From the NCBI RefSeq assembly GCF_018350175.1, contig NC_058368.1:213716001-213780000 (forward strand): 64,000 nucleotides of DNA, in the 5' to 3' direction. The DNA comes from Felis catus (taxonomy: Eukaryota). This document shows, piece by piece, positions 49,745 to 62,094 of this stretch (its first letter is position 1; each line of letters begins with the position of its first letter). A program made the position numbers and the translations under genes. The notes below the pieces were generated by a model. That model saw nothing but the letters and a program-made list of their open reading frames with translations. It searched no databases and was not told the DNA's origin.

Positions 49745-50060
49745 AAACAAACAACAAATAACCAGACTCTTCAATATAGAGAATAAACTGGTGATAGCCA
49801 GAGAGTAAGGAGGTGGGGAGGTGGACAAAATAGGTGAAAGGGACTAAGAGATACAAATTTCCAGTTATAAAATAAGCAAGTCATGGAGATGAAAAGTACA
49901 CAATAGGAAATATAGTCAATACAATTGTACTAAGGTTGTATAGTGACAGATGGTGACCACACTTGTGGTGAGCATTGCATAATGTATAGAATTGTGGATT
50001 CACTACGTTGTACATCTGAAATTAATATAACATTGTGTGTCAACTAGACTTCAATTAAAA
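49745..50060 (+). mobile_element. L1 3'UTR (carnivore/L1MA9-like), 5'-truncated
   Basis: gagaataaactggtgatagccagag...tccagttataaaataag...tgtacatctgaaattaatataacattgtgtgtcaac. Confidence 0.9.
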
Positions 50061-50214
50061 AGAAGAAGGAGGAGGAGGAGGAGAAGGAGAAGAAGGAGAA
50101 GAAAGAAGAAGAAAAAGAAGAAGAAGAAGAAGAAGACGACGACGACGACGGAGGAGGAGGAAGAAGAGGAGGAGGAGGAGGAGGAGGAGAAGAAGTAGAG
50201 GAAGTAGTAGTAGT
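50061..50214. repeat. Compound GAA/GAG/GAC/GTA trinucleotide tract (L1 tail)
   Basis: Seen directly. Confidence 0.95.
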
Positions 50215-50891
50215 ATGGAAGAATTCCTGTTAGTCCAGGCTTTGTTCATCCATTTGTTTGTCTGTTCATTGACTCATTCATCTGTCACTCACTGAGCCCC
50301 TGTGGGTACCAGGCATCCTGTCTGTGGGGCAGTATGATTAACTAAGCCCATCTGCCTATTATTCCCATTACCACCACCACTCAAGAGGGAATCTTAAAGA
50401 ATAACAGTGGTTGGGTGTTTGTTTTGTTCAGTGAGTGTACAAACGGAGGGGGACACAGGAACATGGAAATGAAAAGAAGCGTAGAGTTAAGACAGGTGAT
50501 GGAAGAGAAGAATTCTGGAGAAGAGAATCAAAAGATGTCTTTTGAAGGACTTTGGAGACATCAGGCCCCTCTCTCTTCCCCATGAAATCTTCAGTAAAAT
50601 TTGTACCCTTCACCAAATGCTTTTGAAGTTGGACTGGGCAAGGATGTCAGGTGAAAGCCAAGGCTGATTGAGGAGACTCAGATGGGCCCAAATAATGAGA
50701 TGCTGTCCCTGCCCTCAAAGAGCTCATGGTCCTATGGGACAGACACTACAAAGACAAGAGCACCCCAGATGACATATGCTAAGAAGGCTGTTGCCAGGGC
50801 CTCAAGCACAACATTTAGGGCACTTCAAAAAAGCTCAGCAATCAAGAATAATAAAACTGATGTAGTATTTCACAGAATCAAAATGAATGCA

Positions 50892-51056
50892 GGGGCACCT
50901 GGGTGGCTCAGCTGGTAAAACGTCAGACTTCGGCTCAGGTCAGGATCTCGTGGTTTGTGAGTTCAAACCCCACGTCGGGCTCTGTGCTGACAGCTCAGAG
51001 CCTGGAGCCTGCTTCAGATTCTGTGTCTCCCTCTCTCTCTACCCCTCCCCACTCGT

Positions 51057-51102
<46 letters not shown>

Positions 51103-51133
51103 AAAAATAAATAAAAACACTTAATTTTTTTTA
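50892..51133 (+). mobile_element. Feliform CanSINE
   Basis: TSD aaaatgaatgca (50880, 51134). Confidence 0.96.
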
Positions 51134-51532
51134 AAAATGAATGCAAAAATGCATGAAGAACAAAATGTCAAAATTATGAATAAAGACAAGATCCACAGAC
51201 AAGGCTGGGATCCTGTAAGACAGGGTCAGATTCTGTCTTTATTTCCCAATATTGGTATTTCATTCAAGGTAGACATACATATTTTTGCATTAAGTTTAAG
51301 TTTTTTAAATAGTGCACTAAAATCTCATTGATCTTGATTACTGCATTTTTGGTGCTTTTACATTTTATGCCCAAGATAAGGGCCTCACTCCCCTTGCCCT
51401 AGCCAGAGGGCTGAGGGAGCACCAGGTCCCCAAGGAGGGACCAGCTCAGCCTGACAGCCCAGGAAATTCTTCCCTGAGGATTCAGCACTCAAGGTGGACT
51501 CTGAAGAATAAATGGAATCTAACGTATGCAAA

Positions 51533-51611
51533 AAATGAAATGAAATGAAATGAAATGAAATGAAATGAAATGAAATGAAATGAAATGAAATGAAATGAAA
51601 TGAAATGAAAT
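51533..51611. repeat. (GAAAT)n pentanucleotide microsatellite (~15 units)
   Basis: Seen directly. Confidence 0.97.
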
Positions 51612-51649
51612 AGTAAAATAAAGGCAATCTAGCCCCAGGGCACAGCTTG

Positions 51650-51663
51650 GCAGCAGGGGGCAA
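51650..51663 (+). promoter_or_regulatory. CTCF-like motif
   Basis: gcagcagggggcaa, 12/14 match to CCASYAGRKGGCRS. Confidence 0.3.
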
Positions 51664-53177
51664 GGGCCCAGTGTGTTTGTGGGATGGAACACTAGCAGCA
51701 TTTAAATGAAGTGCCCAGCCTCATTTCATCTCCGTGGTCTCCCTCCTCTCAGGTAAAAACAAAAGAGCAGGTTGAACTGGGTACCACTGAGTCATTCAGC
51801 ATTTAGGGAGCAACTCCTTCATGCCAGGTAGTGCAGATTCAAAACTACCAGAAAAGACAGCAGAGACTGCCTCTGCCCTCTAAGAGCTCATGTCAAGCCA
51901 AGACGCCCCATGTCATTTCTGGCCCTTAACATTCTAGAAGCATTGTTTTTGTCTTTGACATTTTTGATGCTACCATCATTACAAAAGCATTATTTAGGAG
52001 TTGCCCACATGATATCAGTTTCTTTAAAAACAATATTCAATCCGATGCAGTCGTGCAGGGATGACACATTTTGAAACGGGCTTTCACAGGTGACATGCTG
52101 TCTGCTCCTCTCGCTACCCTTGCATCAGGCTCCCACGAGGGGCCTGAATCTTGTAACACTTAAGCGACTTCCTCAGCCGTGTGACCATAAGGGCAGAAGT
52201 GGGACTAGAATCCAGGTCTCCTAACTCCTGTCCCTTCACTGAGTTGCACAGGGGGACGTGCCAGCAGAGCGGAGAGCAGTTTCTCTCCAGTTCCATATAA
52301 GTTTCGCTGAGAAGGCAGCTCCTGGCTTCAAGCGGATCGGGGCAAACCTGAATGCTCACAGGCCACTTCGGTCCCTGCCACGGGTGGCAAGAGAATGAGC
52401 AGCCCCAGAGCTTCATCCGGGTAAGACGGAACAAGACAAAACACTTTGCCCCCTCCTGCCGCCTGACCTACAGATTCTGTCCCCCAGCGGGGCAGCCAGA
52501 GGGCCTGGAAACCTCCGGTCCAACCATTAACCGCACAGCGGGCCCTGTCAAGCGCATCCCCTCAACCTAGGATTTCACTTCACACCAAGGTCCCTGCCAG
52601 ATCCAAAGCTGCCTCTTCCCATCCCGAAATTTAAAACAAACAAGCCGCCAAACCCAAGCCAAGTAGGGCCCTAAGGACAGCAGCATGCCTAGCTGGAAGG
52701 AGGGCTGTCCCACGTGGCGGCTCATCCTTCTCTGGGCCCAGGCAGTGGCCAGTGGCCGCTCGGACCCTGTCACCAGATCTCACACAGCACTGTGGCTCCT
52801 CGCTGCAGCAGACGATGGGGCAGACCAGGCCTGAGGGCACATCGCCACACTGAGCCCTCACAGAAGTCCACGTCCCTCACTCTGCATCCCTCACGAGGGA
52901 GGCCGGCAACCAGCCGGAAGAGCAGCCCGTCCTGGCTGACCTGAGCTGGCCTGGAGCCTAACACACCTGGGGTAGAAGGCCATGAGGGGGACACAGAGGA
53001 CTGCCCGGAATGCAGTAAAAGGTAGGAAACTGAGTCAGGCCAGAGCCCCGTCCCCTCTTTTGTGCCACCCATGCCTGCCCCCAAAAGCCCCTATACTTGC
53101 CTGTACTTCTTTAGTGCTTTGTATCACCACTGACATTGTCACTGGCGTCACCACCACCATAGGAAGCATTTACTAAG

Positions 53178-53651
53178 CACAGCAGGCTGCACAGGGCCCC
53201 CCCAAGAAAATATGTTCACTACGTAGTCTCGGAAACCAGGGAACATTACCTTATTTGGAAAAAACTAGGGTTTTTGCAGGTGTGATTAAGGATCTCGAGA
53301 GAAGGCGCTTAGTCTGGATTATCCAGTAGGCCCTAAAATGCAACCACACACACCCCTACAAAAGAGGAAAGTCAGAGACACACAGAAGAGAAGACACAGA
53401 GAGCAGGAGGAGGCAATGTGACTGTGCAGGCAGGGGCTCAAGGGATGTGGCCACAGCCTGGGAACACGCATAAGAAGAGCTGCAAGAAGCAAAGGAAAAG
53501 TCTCCCCCTGGGCCTTCTGAGGCCACACAGCCCCACCAACACGTTGCCTTTGGACATCTGACACCCAGAACGGGGAGGAAAATAAAGGTCTGTTGTTTTA
53601 AGTCACCCAGTTTGTGGTCATTTGTTCGGGCAGCCCCAGGAACCGAGGACA
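53178..53651 (+). mobile_element. MaLR solo LTR (MLT1C/D-like)
   Basis: ggccccccaagaaaatatgttcac...ttaccttatttggaaaa...aataaaggtctgttgttttaagtcacccagtttgtggtcatttgtt. Confidence 0.85.
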
Positions 53652-53679
53652 CTGGGCTCCACACCACCATCACCACAGG

Positions 53680-53870
53680 CAGCCTTTACCGAGCACATCC
53701 TGAGCGTCCACTGGCACATTCCAGGCCCCAGGCAGTGTGAGGCACTTTGCGAGGTTGCCAACAACTCTGTTACTTCCAGTTAACAGATGAGCAAACGGAA
53801 GCCTCATGATATTAAGGAACTTGCCAGCGTTGTTTGGGACCAGCTGAAACCCAGCCCCGTCCAGCTGCTC
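53680..53870 (-). mobile_element. MIR
   Basis: taacagatgagcaaacggaagc...aaggaacttgcca. Confidence 0.6.
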
Positions 53871-55343
53871 TTCCCAGCCCGAAGACCGTTAAGTGCTTTG
53901 ACAGTGTCCTCCTTGCAACCACCGCAGGAATTTGCACATAGGAGTTGAACTCATTTTTATCCCAAATGATATTTTTACCAGAGTTATCACTGAGGCTTGG
54001 CTCTTCCCAAAAGTCAGGGGATGACTAACTGTGGGTCCAGGAGACAACGTTCCAAATGACCCAAGTGGCGTTCTGATGAGTTTGCCAGCATCTAAATAGC
54101 TCAGATGGGCCCGTGGGAATTTCTTGTTCCCCTTCCTAAGGAAGCACTTTGAAGCCAAGATCCCACCAATAGACACCTCAGCACTGACTACTGGAGCAGA
54201 AAAACAGCACGGTACTTTTGCCCTCTTTTGGGACAGAGATTAAGGGAAACTGAACACACAAGAAGTACATCATAACCTTCTAGAAGTCTCTCTGGCCCAG
54301 ACTACTGAGCACCAGAAAAGATTCCTGAACCTTCTCTAGGAACAGAGAGGAGAGTCTCAGAGGTCACAGTTAGCTCCACTCAGGAATCTAAGGATACAAC
54401 CAACGTTGACAGGGCTCAGCAGAATCCAGTCAGAGGGGTGGGGGCGCAAGGACTAAATCTCACAATATCTTTAACTTGTTTTATTAGACACACCATATAT
54501 ACGGGGAGAGGTGGATGGCCTGACCCACGGTTTCCCTTGCATGCAACATACCTTATGGCTTGATGTGGTTCTGTGTGGAAATGGGTCTGGATAAGACCAC
54601 CCTGAATCCCACAGACACTGTGCCATTCAGCCCAGGCCCCGGCCATCCCTGTCCCCGTCCCCAGATATAGAGCAGTGCCCTGATGCTTTCAGCGCTGCTA
54701 CCAGGGTAACCAGAAATTGTAATTACCCCAGGGAGGCCCATAAACCCGATAGAAACTGCTGAAAGAGTAGAGTGCCTTGCTGTGACCTAACTATCCCTGC
54801 TCTGCACAGAGGAAACCTCATTCCCTCAAGCAGAGCAGGTATTAAGTCAGCTTTGCAGCAGTATACTCATTCAGTCTTCATTGAGGAGAACAGAAAGGGA
54901 GGGGACCCTGGGAGGTAATCGCCACCACGGAGTGGTTCTCTTCAGCTTCTAGGAGTGAGAAGACAGCCTGCTAGTCCATCCCCCCACGTCCCAGCACTCA
55001 GTGCGTGCTGCTTGCTTTGTCCATCCAGCACCCACCCTGGGCACCTGGTAGGGAAAAAGTGGGCCAGAGGCTCAGCGTCCAACCCCTTGGGTTTTACCAC
55101 AAAGTGGTGGTTGGAGGGGGAGTGTAAAGAGTAAGAGGCAATGAGAAGCATGGATTGTTAGCAAACCCAAGGTTTTGGCATGTTCTGTGTGTAACTGGAG
55201 ACTCTCAGAGCATGGGACCTAGGAGGTCAACTAGTGGTCAATGGCAGCCAACCCAATGAGAAAGGGGCCAGCCTTGCTCATCTCTTTATTGCCTCCCCAG
55301 GGGACTTGTTTAGTCTCACCAGGGTCTTTGCTTATAAGGGTCC

Positions 55344-55650
55344 ACAGTTCCTATTTGCAACTCCTAAATCCAAAGAGCTTTGACAACTGAGTTTGCTTTG
55401 TAAGGCATTTGGCAGCAAAACTGCCTGATCTGCACTGTCTTGGGGCCATTTAGAGTCTTTCTTCACCTTACTTTGGTAACATGCCTATATTTTGCTGCCT
55501 AAATATCAGTTCATCTGATTATGAGCCCACTGGAAGAGGCATATAACACATCCTATGCATGGAGTGACCTTTCTAAAGATCCAAAAAAAGAGCTGAGTTC
55601 TGAAACACATCTGGCCCTGAGGATTCCAATAAGGAATTGAGAACACGCAG
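55344..55650. mobile_element. Ancient non-autonomous DNA transposon relic (family uncertain)
   Basis: ttctgaaacacatctggccctgaggattccaataagg end resembles an old Tigger/MamRep-type terminus as recalled. Confidence 0.4.
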
Positions 55651-56130
55651 TTCTGAGGTTTAACGTGCTCCTGTGTTTCTCTGCCAGACTTGATCCACAC
55701 CTACTGGAAGCCCCTACTGATGAACCTGATCTTGCTGTGAGCTGTCCTGTCCTCAGACACCTTTCTTGAAGCTCAGTGACTTAGTTTGGACCTGCTGATG
55801 AACTTCTTGTGCATTTGTGAGTTTATGATTTTGTCAATTTTTATGTCTCAAATGAACCCCCAAATGAATTAAATTCCCTTTGGGAGCTAATCACCCATTT
55901 GGGATCAGCCTCACTGTACCAACTCCACAACCCTGCATATGTCAGGTGTACGAAGATCCTGAGTGTACAAAGATCACTGATTCCAGAACCCTACAATGGC
56001 AGGCATGAGAAGACAAGGAGAGTCTAGAAATAAGATAATTCAATAAGGTGGCAGATCACAAAATTAATGTAGGAAAATTATTAGTTTTAATACATGTAAA
56101 AGTAAGTTTGAAAAATACAACAGAAACCAA

Positions 56131-56642
56131 CACAAATCTTCCCCAACTTGCAATGGAGTTACATCCCAATAAACCCACTGTAAGTTGAAAATATCGTTAA
56201 GTCAAAAATGCATTTAATACACCTAACCTACATAACCCATAGTTTAGCTTAGCCTACCTAAGATGAGCTCGGAACATTTCCATTAGCCTACACTTGGGCC
56301 AAATCATCTAACACAAAGCCTACTTTCTAATAGTGTTGACTATCTCATGTAATTTATTGAATGCTGTACTGAGAGGGAAAAATAGCAGGGATATATGGGG
56401 ACAGACCGGTGGTATAAGTGCATGGATTTTTTTTACCCTTGTGACGGCATGGCTGGCTGGGTGCTGTGGCCGCCACACTGCCCAGCATCATGAGAGAGGA
56501 TCATACCGGGTATTGCTAGCCTGGGAAAAGAGCAAAATCCAAAATTTGAAGTACAGTTCCTACTGAATATGTGTTGCTTTTGCACCATCATGAAGTTGAA
56601 AAATCATAAATCCAACCATCACAAGTTGGGGACTGTCTGTAT
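56131..56642 (+). mobile_element. Tigger5/MER47B-like TcMar-Tigger relic
   Basis: ccccaacttg...gttacatcccaataaaccc...tgcatttaatacacctaacctac...caagttggggactgtctgta; degenerate TIRs. Confidence 0.85.
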
Positions 56643-56835
56643 CTCTACTTTCAATAGAAACTAAAAAATATTTTTAAAACTTTGATACATTGATATTCAA
56701 TAAGAAATATATATCACTATAGGAAATATGCCTAACCTATTAGAAAGTAACTTTAAAACTAATAATAAAGAAACGTTATGAGTTTTTTTTTGCATAACGG
56801 TGGCATTATAGCTTTTTTTAAAAAAAAAGAGTCTT

Positions 56836-57060
56836 GGGGCACCTGGTGGCTCAGCCAGTTAAGCGTCCAGCTTTGGCTCAGGTCATGATCTCACAGCTCG
56901 TGAATTTGAACTCCGCATCAGGCTCCGTGCTGACAGCTCAGAGCCTGGAGCCTGCTTCGGATTTTATGTCTCCCTCTCTCTCTGCCCCTCCCCCACTTGT
57001 GCTCTGTCTCTCTCTCAAAAATAACATTAAAAAATATATAGGAGTTATAAAATAAATAAA
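56836..57060 (+). mobile_element. Feliform CanSINE
   Basis: Head, CT tract, tail; aaa.agtctt flanks. Confidence 0.94.
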
Positions 57061-57067
57061 TAGTCTT

Positions 57068-57290
57068 CATCTTTTAGAAGTACATATTGAAACACTTACA
57101 GATGGAATAATGATGTCAGGGATTTGTTTGAAAATAACATGGGGAGGGGGCTGGTTGTGGATAGGCAACTGTGGTCATGGGTTGAGAGTAGTAGAGGCTG
57201 TTTAATGGGTACAGGAAGGTTCATTTTACTGTTCTTACTACTTTTGTGTATACTCTAAATTCTGCATACTAAGAAGTTTTTTAAAAATCT
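57068..57290 (+). mobile_element. Old L1 (L1MC/L1ME) 3'UTR fragment
   Basis: ttagaagtacatattgaaacacttacagatggaataatgatgtcagggatttg. Confidence 0.7.
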
Positions 57291-57319
57291 ATTGAGGGAC
57301 TGGAAGAAATTTTTAGTTC

Positions 57320-57384
57320 TTTTTTTTTAATGTTTATTTATATATTTTGAGAGAGAGACAGAGAGAGAACACACACAGGGAGCA

Positions 57385-57433
<49 letters not shown>

Positions 57434-57557
57434 AAATCCCAAACAGGCTCTGTGCTGACAGCTGGGACGTGGGGCTCAAACTCACAAACCATGAGATCAT
57501 GACCTGAGCCAAAATCAAGAGTCAGACACTTAACCAACTGAGCCACCCAGGTGCCCC
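57320..57557 (-). mobile_element. CanSINE
   Basis: Head, (GA)n, tail; degenerate TSD aagaaat. Confidence 0.95.
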
Positions 57558-57854
57558 AAGAAATATCTAAGTTAAGAAAAAAACCTAGTGTGCTTTTAAA
57601 TAAAAAGGCTCAAAATTTTTCCCTCCAAACTTACTGTAAATTCAATGTGAGCTTAATTAAAATACCAACAAGGAGTATTTTAGAAAGTTCCTCTGGAAAA
57701 ATGAACATATAAAAGCAAGGAAAATTACAAGTGTAGGGAGTGAGGTTTAGGGCAGAGAAAGCCTGGTCTAATAAACACTAAAACTTAATTAAAGCAATTA
57801 AGTGATAGAGAACAAATAGGGAAATGGTGCAAAATAAAATTCCAGAAACAGGCA

Positions 57855-58755
57855 CAGGTGCCTACTATGTGCCAAGCACTACTCGAGATGCTTGAGTAAC
57901 TGGCACCCAAAAGAACAGACAAAAATTCTAAACTTTAAGTAAACAAACAAGAGAATTCACATAAATGCTGCAAAGAAATCAAGACAGTGAGATAAAAAGA
58001 GTGAGGAGGGTGACATCTGAGTTGAGACCTAAGAAATTAGTCAGGACAAAGATGGTCTAAGAGAAGCCCATTTCAGGCAAAAAGGAAAACAAAAGCAAAA
58101 ACTCTGAACTCTTTGTTGAAATTAACTTCATGCCTTCAAGAGAAAAAAGACTGTGGATGATAGGAGGCCAGGAAGATAAGCAGGGGCCAGAGTATATAAA
58201 CCTTGCAGGGGCTGGTGAGGAATCTGGATTTTAGTCTAATTGAGATAGAAAGCCAGTAGAGGGTTTTAGTCTGCAAATATGATCTGATGGGCATTTTTTA
58301 AAAATCACTCTGGCTACTATGTCGAGAGAGGACTCCATAAAGACAAGAAAGGAGATGCAATTTTCAGATTCCCCTAGCAATGGTCTACCCAAGAAGTCAT
58401 GTTGGCGTAAACTAGCTAGAAGTGGTGGAAATAGTAACAAATGGTCTGACTTGGGATACAATTTTGACCTAGTGCCAATTTGCTGAGGGGTTAGAAGTGA
58501 AGGAGGAGAAAAAGAAACGAGTTAAGGATTATGCCTGGTGTCTTGATCTGAGTCACTGGGTAGATGATGGTGCCATTAACTGAGAAAAAGAGACTGAGCA
58601 GGAGCAAATCAAGGACTCTATTCCTGTTATCGTATCTATCATTTGCGATGCCTATCAGACATCCAAGGAGAGTTGGCAGTAGGCAGGCGGCTGCTACAGG
58701 ACGATAGAGCTCAACCTTGGAAATGTATATTTGAGTGTCACCAGCAGAAAGATGC
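57855..58755 (-). mobile_element. L2 (reverse), apparently nested in the old L1
   Basis: gtgcctactatgtgccaagcact...aaaatcactctggctact...atgcctatcagacatccaagg. Confidence 0.8.
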
Positions 58756-60160
58756 CATAAGGGTAGCATTTCAGATCTAGGGGGAAAATAGTGTAGTGTT
58801 TGGTAACCGGTGTTGGGACAACCAATTTTTTGCATTTGGGGATAAAAAAAAGCTCAACTGAATTCCAAATTCAGGCTCAGAGCAAAATAATTTCCAAATT
58901 GGTCAAAAATTTGTTTAAAATTGGTGAGTGTACATAAAAAATGGCCCTCCTACACTCCTGCTGGGAGTGTAAATGTGTGCAATCTTTCTTAGGAATAATA
59001 TGGCATTGTGTATCAAATTTAAAATGCAGGTTTACTTTGTTCCAGTAATCTTACTATCTGTATTAATTTATCTCACAGATATACATGGAAGAAATTGTAT
59101 GTACAAAAATGGCCATTGCAGACTCACTATAGTATAAAAATTAGGAACAAGCCATGTGTCTCAGCAGAGGACCAGCTAAATAAATGATCATATGCCCACA
59201 CAATGGAGTGCTTTGTAGATGAAACAAAAGGGGAAGGGAGACATTATGTGCTGATGTCGAACTATCTCTAAGACACATTCAATGAACAACAGCAAAGTAC
59301 AGAACCTCTTGTGTTTCACCATCCTTCTGTGTAAAATACACGTATGTTTACGTACAAAGGCCTTCAGTTTCATTTTTTATCATCCTGCACTGTTTGAATT
59401 TTGTGAGCATGTATTTTCTATCAAAAAAAAAAAAACACCAAAAAGGATTATCCAAACAGTAAAATTATCAGTCACTTTTTATTTTTTTTATACTTCTGGG
59501 TGTATTTTTTTAAAAAACAACCTAGCAATGTTATTAGAAAAAAGAAGTTGAAGAGTGGGATATGGGACCATCCCACTTTCTAAGATTGTAGACAAATCAC
59601 TTTAAATCTCCATGAAAATCTTACGACCTTCTTTTCCAATTCTTTTTTTGTTTTATTATTATTATTTTTTTTAGCATTCTGATCTGAGATTTTGTACCTC
59701 CAGGCTCTGCTGGAAGCAGCCTGTCCCCAAAGCCAAGCTGTAAAAGTTGCAGGGGGCCTACAAAGCTGCCAAACAGGGTGTTTAATGAGCAAAACTTAAG
59801 GGTCGATGCAAATTGCTCACAAACACCAGATGGCAGGGGTCATGCAGGAGATCACCTCAAAGAGATAAAGTCAGAGCACTGGTCAGGTCTGGAGAAAGAT
59901 GAACAATTCCCATCTGACTGGGAGAGCAGGAGAGTAGCACGGGATTCTTGCAGCTTGCAGAAGAGCAGGAGGGGTTTTTCTACAGCAACTTGTGGATGGG
60001 AAGCTGGGGAAAGGCAGGAGCTGATGATGCAAAGGAATAAGGCAGCTTGTGGTAGAAATGGAGTGTCTTGGCCTGTGTGAAATTCACCTGCAGGACCTTT
60101 GTGTCTTAGCTGAAATCCCAAAATGTCTGAACCATGTACATGTGCACGCATGCGCGTACG

Positions 60161-60161
<1 letters not shown>

Positions 60162-60204
<43 letters not shown>
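60162..60204. repeat. (CA)n microsatellite
   Basis: Seen directly. Confidence 0.97.
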
Positions 60205-60206
<2 letters not shown>

Positions 60207-61329
60207 CCTAAACACTGAGAATGCACTAGTTGTATTTAACCCTGGAGAAGAAAAAAAACCCAGAATTTAATTAAATGGTTATTAAGAATTTTAAATGAGG
60301 AAGGAAGGTACCCAATTAGCCCTAAATTTTACATTGCTTTAACCTTTAAAATTATATACCTTATTTAAATGCAAAGTTAATAGAATCAGTTAGTGCTAGG
60401 CTTATTTGTTGTAATAAAGCCTTGTTTTTAACAGGAAGCAAAAGTGTACAATTCCACCTCTTCCAATTAAGCATTTTTATGGCAATCCGGGCTGCAGGAA
60501 ACCCAAAGCTATCACTAAGGCACCAAGACCGCTCAGGGGGCAGTCCGCCCTGACTGTGGACATAGTGCCTTGGCAGAAATAAACTTCGTAGCATTGGCCT
60601 TGGATACTCAAAAGTGACCACAGACATCAGAGCATCCCACTCGAATGCTGACCCCCTCATGGCCGAGTCTAACCTACACCTCTCTGTCAAAGACAGCAGC
60701 TCCTCCCCTCCACTCCCCTCCTACCGGAAATGCAGAACAGCGGCTTCAGGCCCACAAATCTACCCTCACCCTCACCTCCTCTGGTTTAGCCAGTCCCAGC
60801 TCCTTTAAACTCCCCTCTTGGGTCTAATTTTCCAATCGTATAATTATCTCCATGGGTCTCAGGGAGAAGAAAGAATATGGTGTTCCAAAAAAATTATACC
60901 CCTCTTTTGGTCCTATACTCTGTATTTTCTGCCCCTGGGAAAGGAATCTAAACTATGCCACTACAATATATTTAGTAGGAGTAAGCACCTCTCCAGCACT
61001 GTTTCTTTCAAGTTACTACTTCCTTCTTGGGAGAAACTGTGGCTCAGGGGAGTGGGGATTTTTAAGTGGAGTTTCCATATTCACCAAAAGCATGACACGC
61101 CCTGAGAGCAACAGAGCCTTAGGCTAGGCTTCTAGGAAGAGAGGTCTGGCCAAACACTGATTAACTTAAGCTTATCCACACACTCCCATGACAGGAAAAC
61201 AAGAATTCAAGATTTAATGAAGTCAAATCATTAGGAAAGGAGAACCGAAGAAAATATATACCCTTTGATTCAAATAGTTGCTAAAATCAGCTTGTAAATA
61301 TCTTAAAACAATGTCTAATCGAACACTTT

Positions 61330-61613
61330 TTTTTTAAGTTTATTGAGAGAACGCGGCAGGGGCCAAGAGAGAGGGAGACAGAATCTGAGGCAGGCTCTGC
61401 ACTGTCACTTGGAGTCTGATGCAGAGCTCAACCCCACAAACCGTGACATCATGACCTGAGCCAAAATCAGGAGTTGGATGCTTAACCCACGGAGCCATCC
61501 AGGCACCCGCAAGCAATTTTTTTAAGTAAGTTCTATGCCCAATGTGAGACTTGAACTCATGACCCTGAGATCAAGAGTCACATGCTCTACCGCCTGAACC
61601 AGCCAAGATACCC
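61330..61613 (-). mobile_element. Composite of a short CanSINE (61516-61613) and a full CanSINE (61330-61509)
   Basis: Single TSD ctaatc(g/a)aacacttt at 61315 and 61614. Confidence 0.92.
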
Positions 61614-62094
61614 CTAATCAAACACTTTTAAGGTAAACTTTTTATTGTAAGGATTAACTCTTGAAAAGGTTTTATAGTTTCCACATAGCATTTTATGATC
61701 CAATATGGTAGGAGAGGCAAGTGTTGATAGGCAGACAGATACATACACACATGTATTTTATACATATATTATTATATATACATTATAGGTTATACATACA
61801 TTTTGCATATATATTATATGAGGAACACGAACCTCAGGGCATTTTAGTTTCTTGAGGCCATAAAACCAATAAATAGAAGTCCCTGGATTCAAACCCAAAC
61901 TGGACAATAAATCCTGCAGAAAATCTATGTGATCTGTGATATCAAATAAGTCGACACCATCTGCTGTTCCTAACCCAAGAGGACAGACGACAGTCAAGTT
62001 TTAGTTGTCATTAGAGAGGAAAATGCACTCCTGTAAGAGAACCCAGTCAGTGCAATTCACTGTCTTGCTTTTTTAATGCCTTGAGTTAAGATAC

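Larger units (their letters stand above)
56030..59425 (+). mobile_element. Fragmented ancient L1 (L1ME-like ORF2/3'UTR) hosting nested insertions
   Basis: Colinear L1 pieces at about 56030-56125, 56645-56760, 57590-57850 and 58765-59425 (aataaggtggcagatcacaaaattaat; tgtaaattcaatg; ggtgttgggacaac; ctgctgggagtgtaaat). Confidence 0.6.

Noticed and set aside
50055..50249. Poly-Leu/Arg/Pro ORF resembling a signal peptide
   Set aside because: Antisense translation of the trinucleotide tract
102..57546. Recurring ORFs such as MAQSVKRPTSAQV... and SLSLSL/RERERE
   Set aside because: Translations of CanSINE bodies and CT/GA tracts, not genes or a protein family
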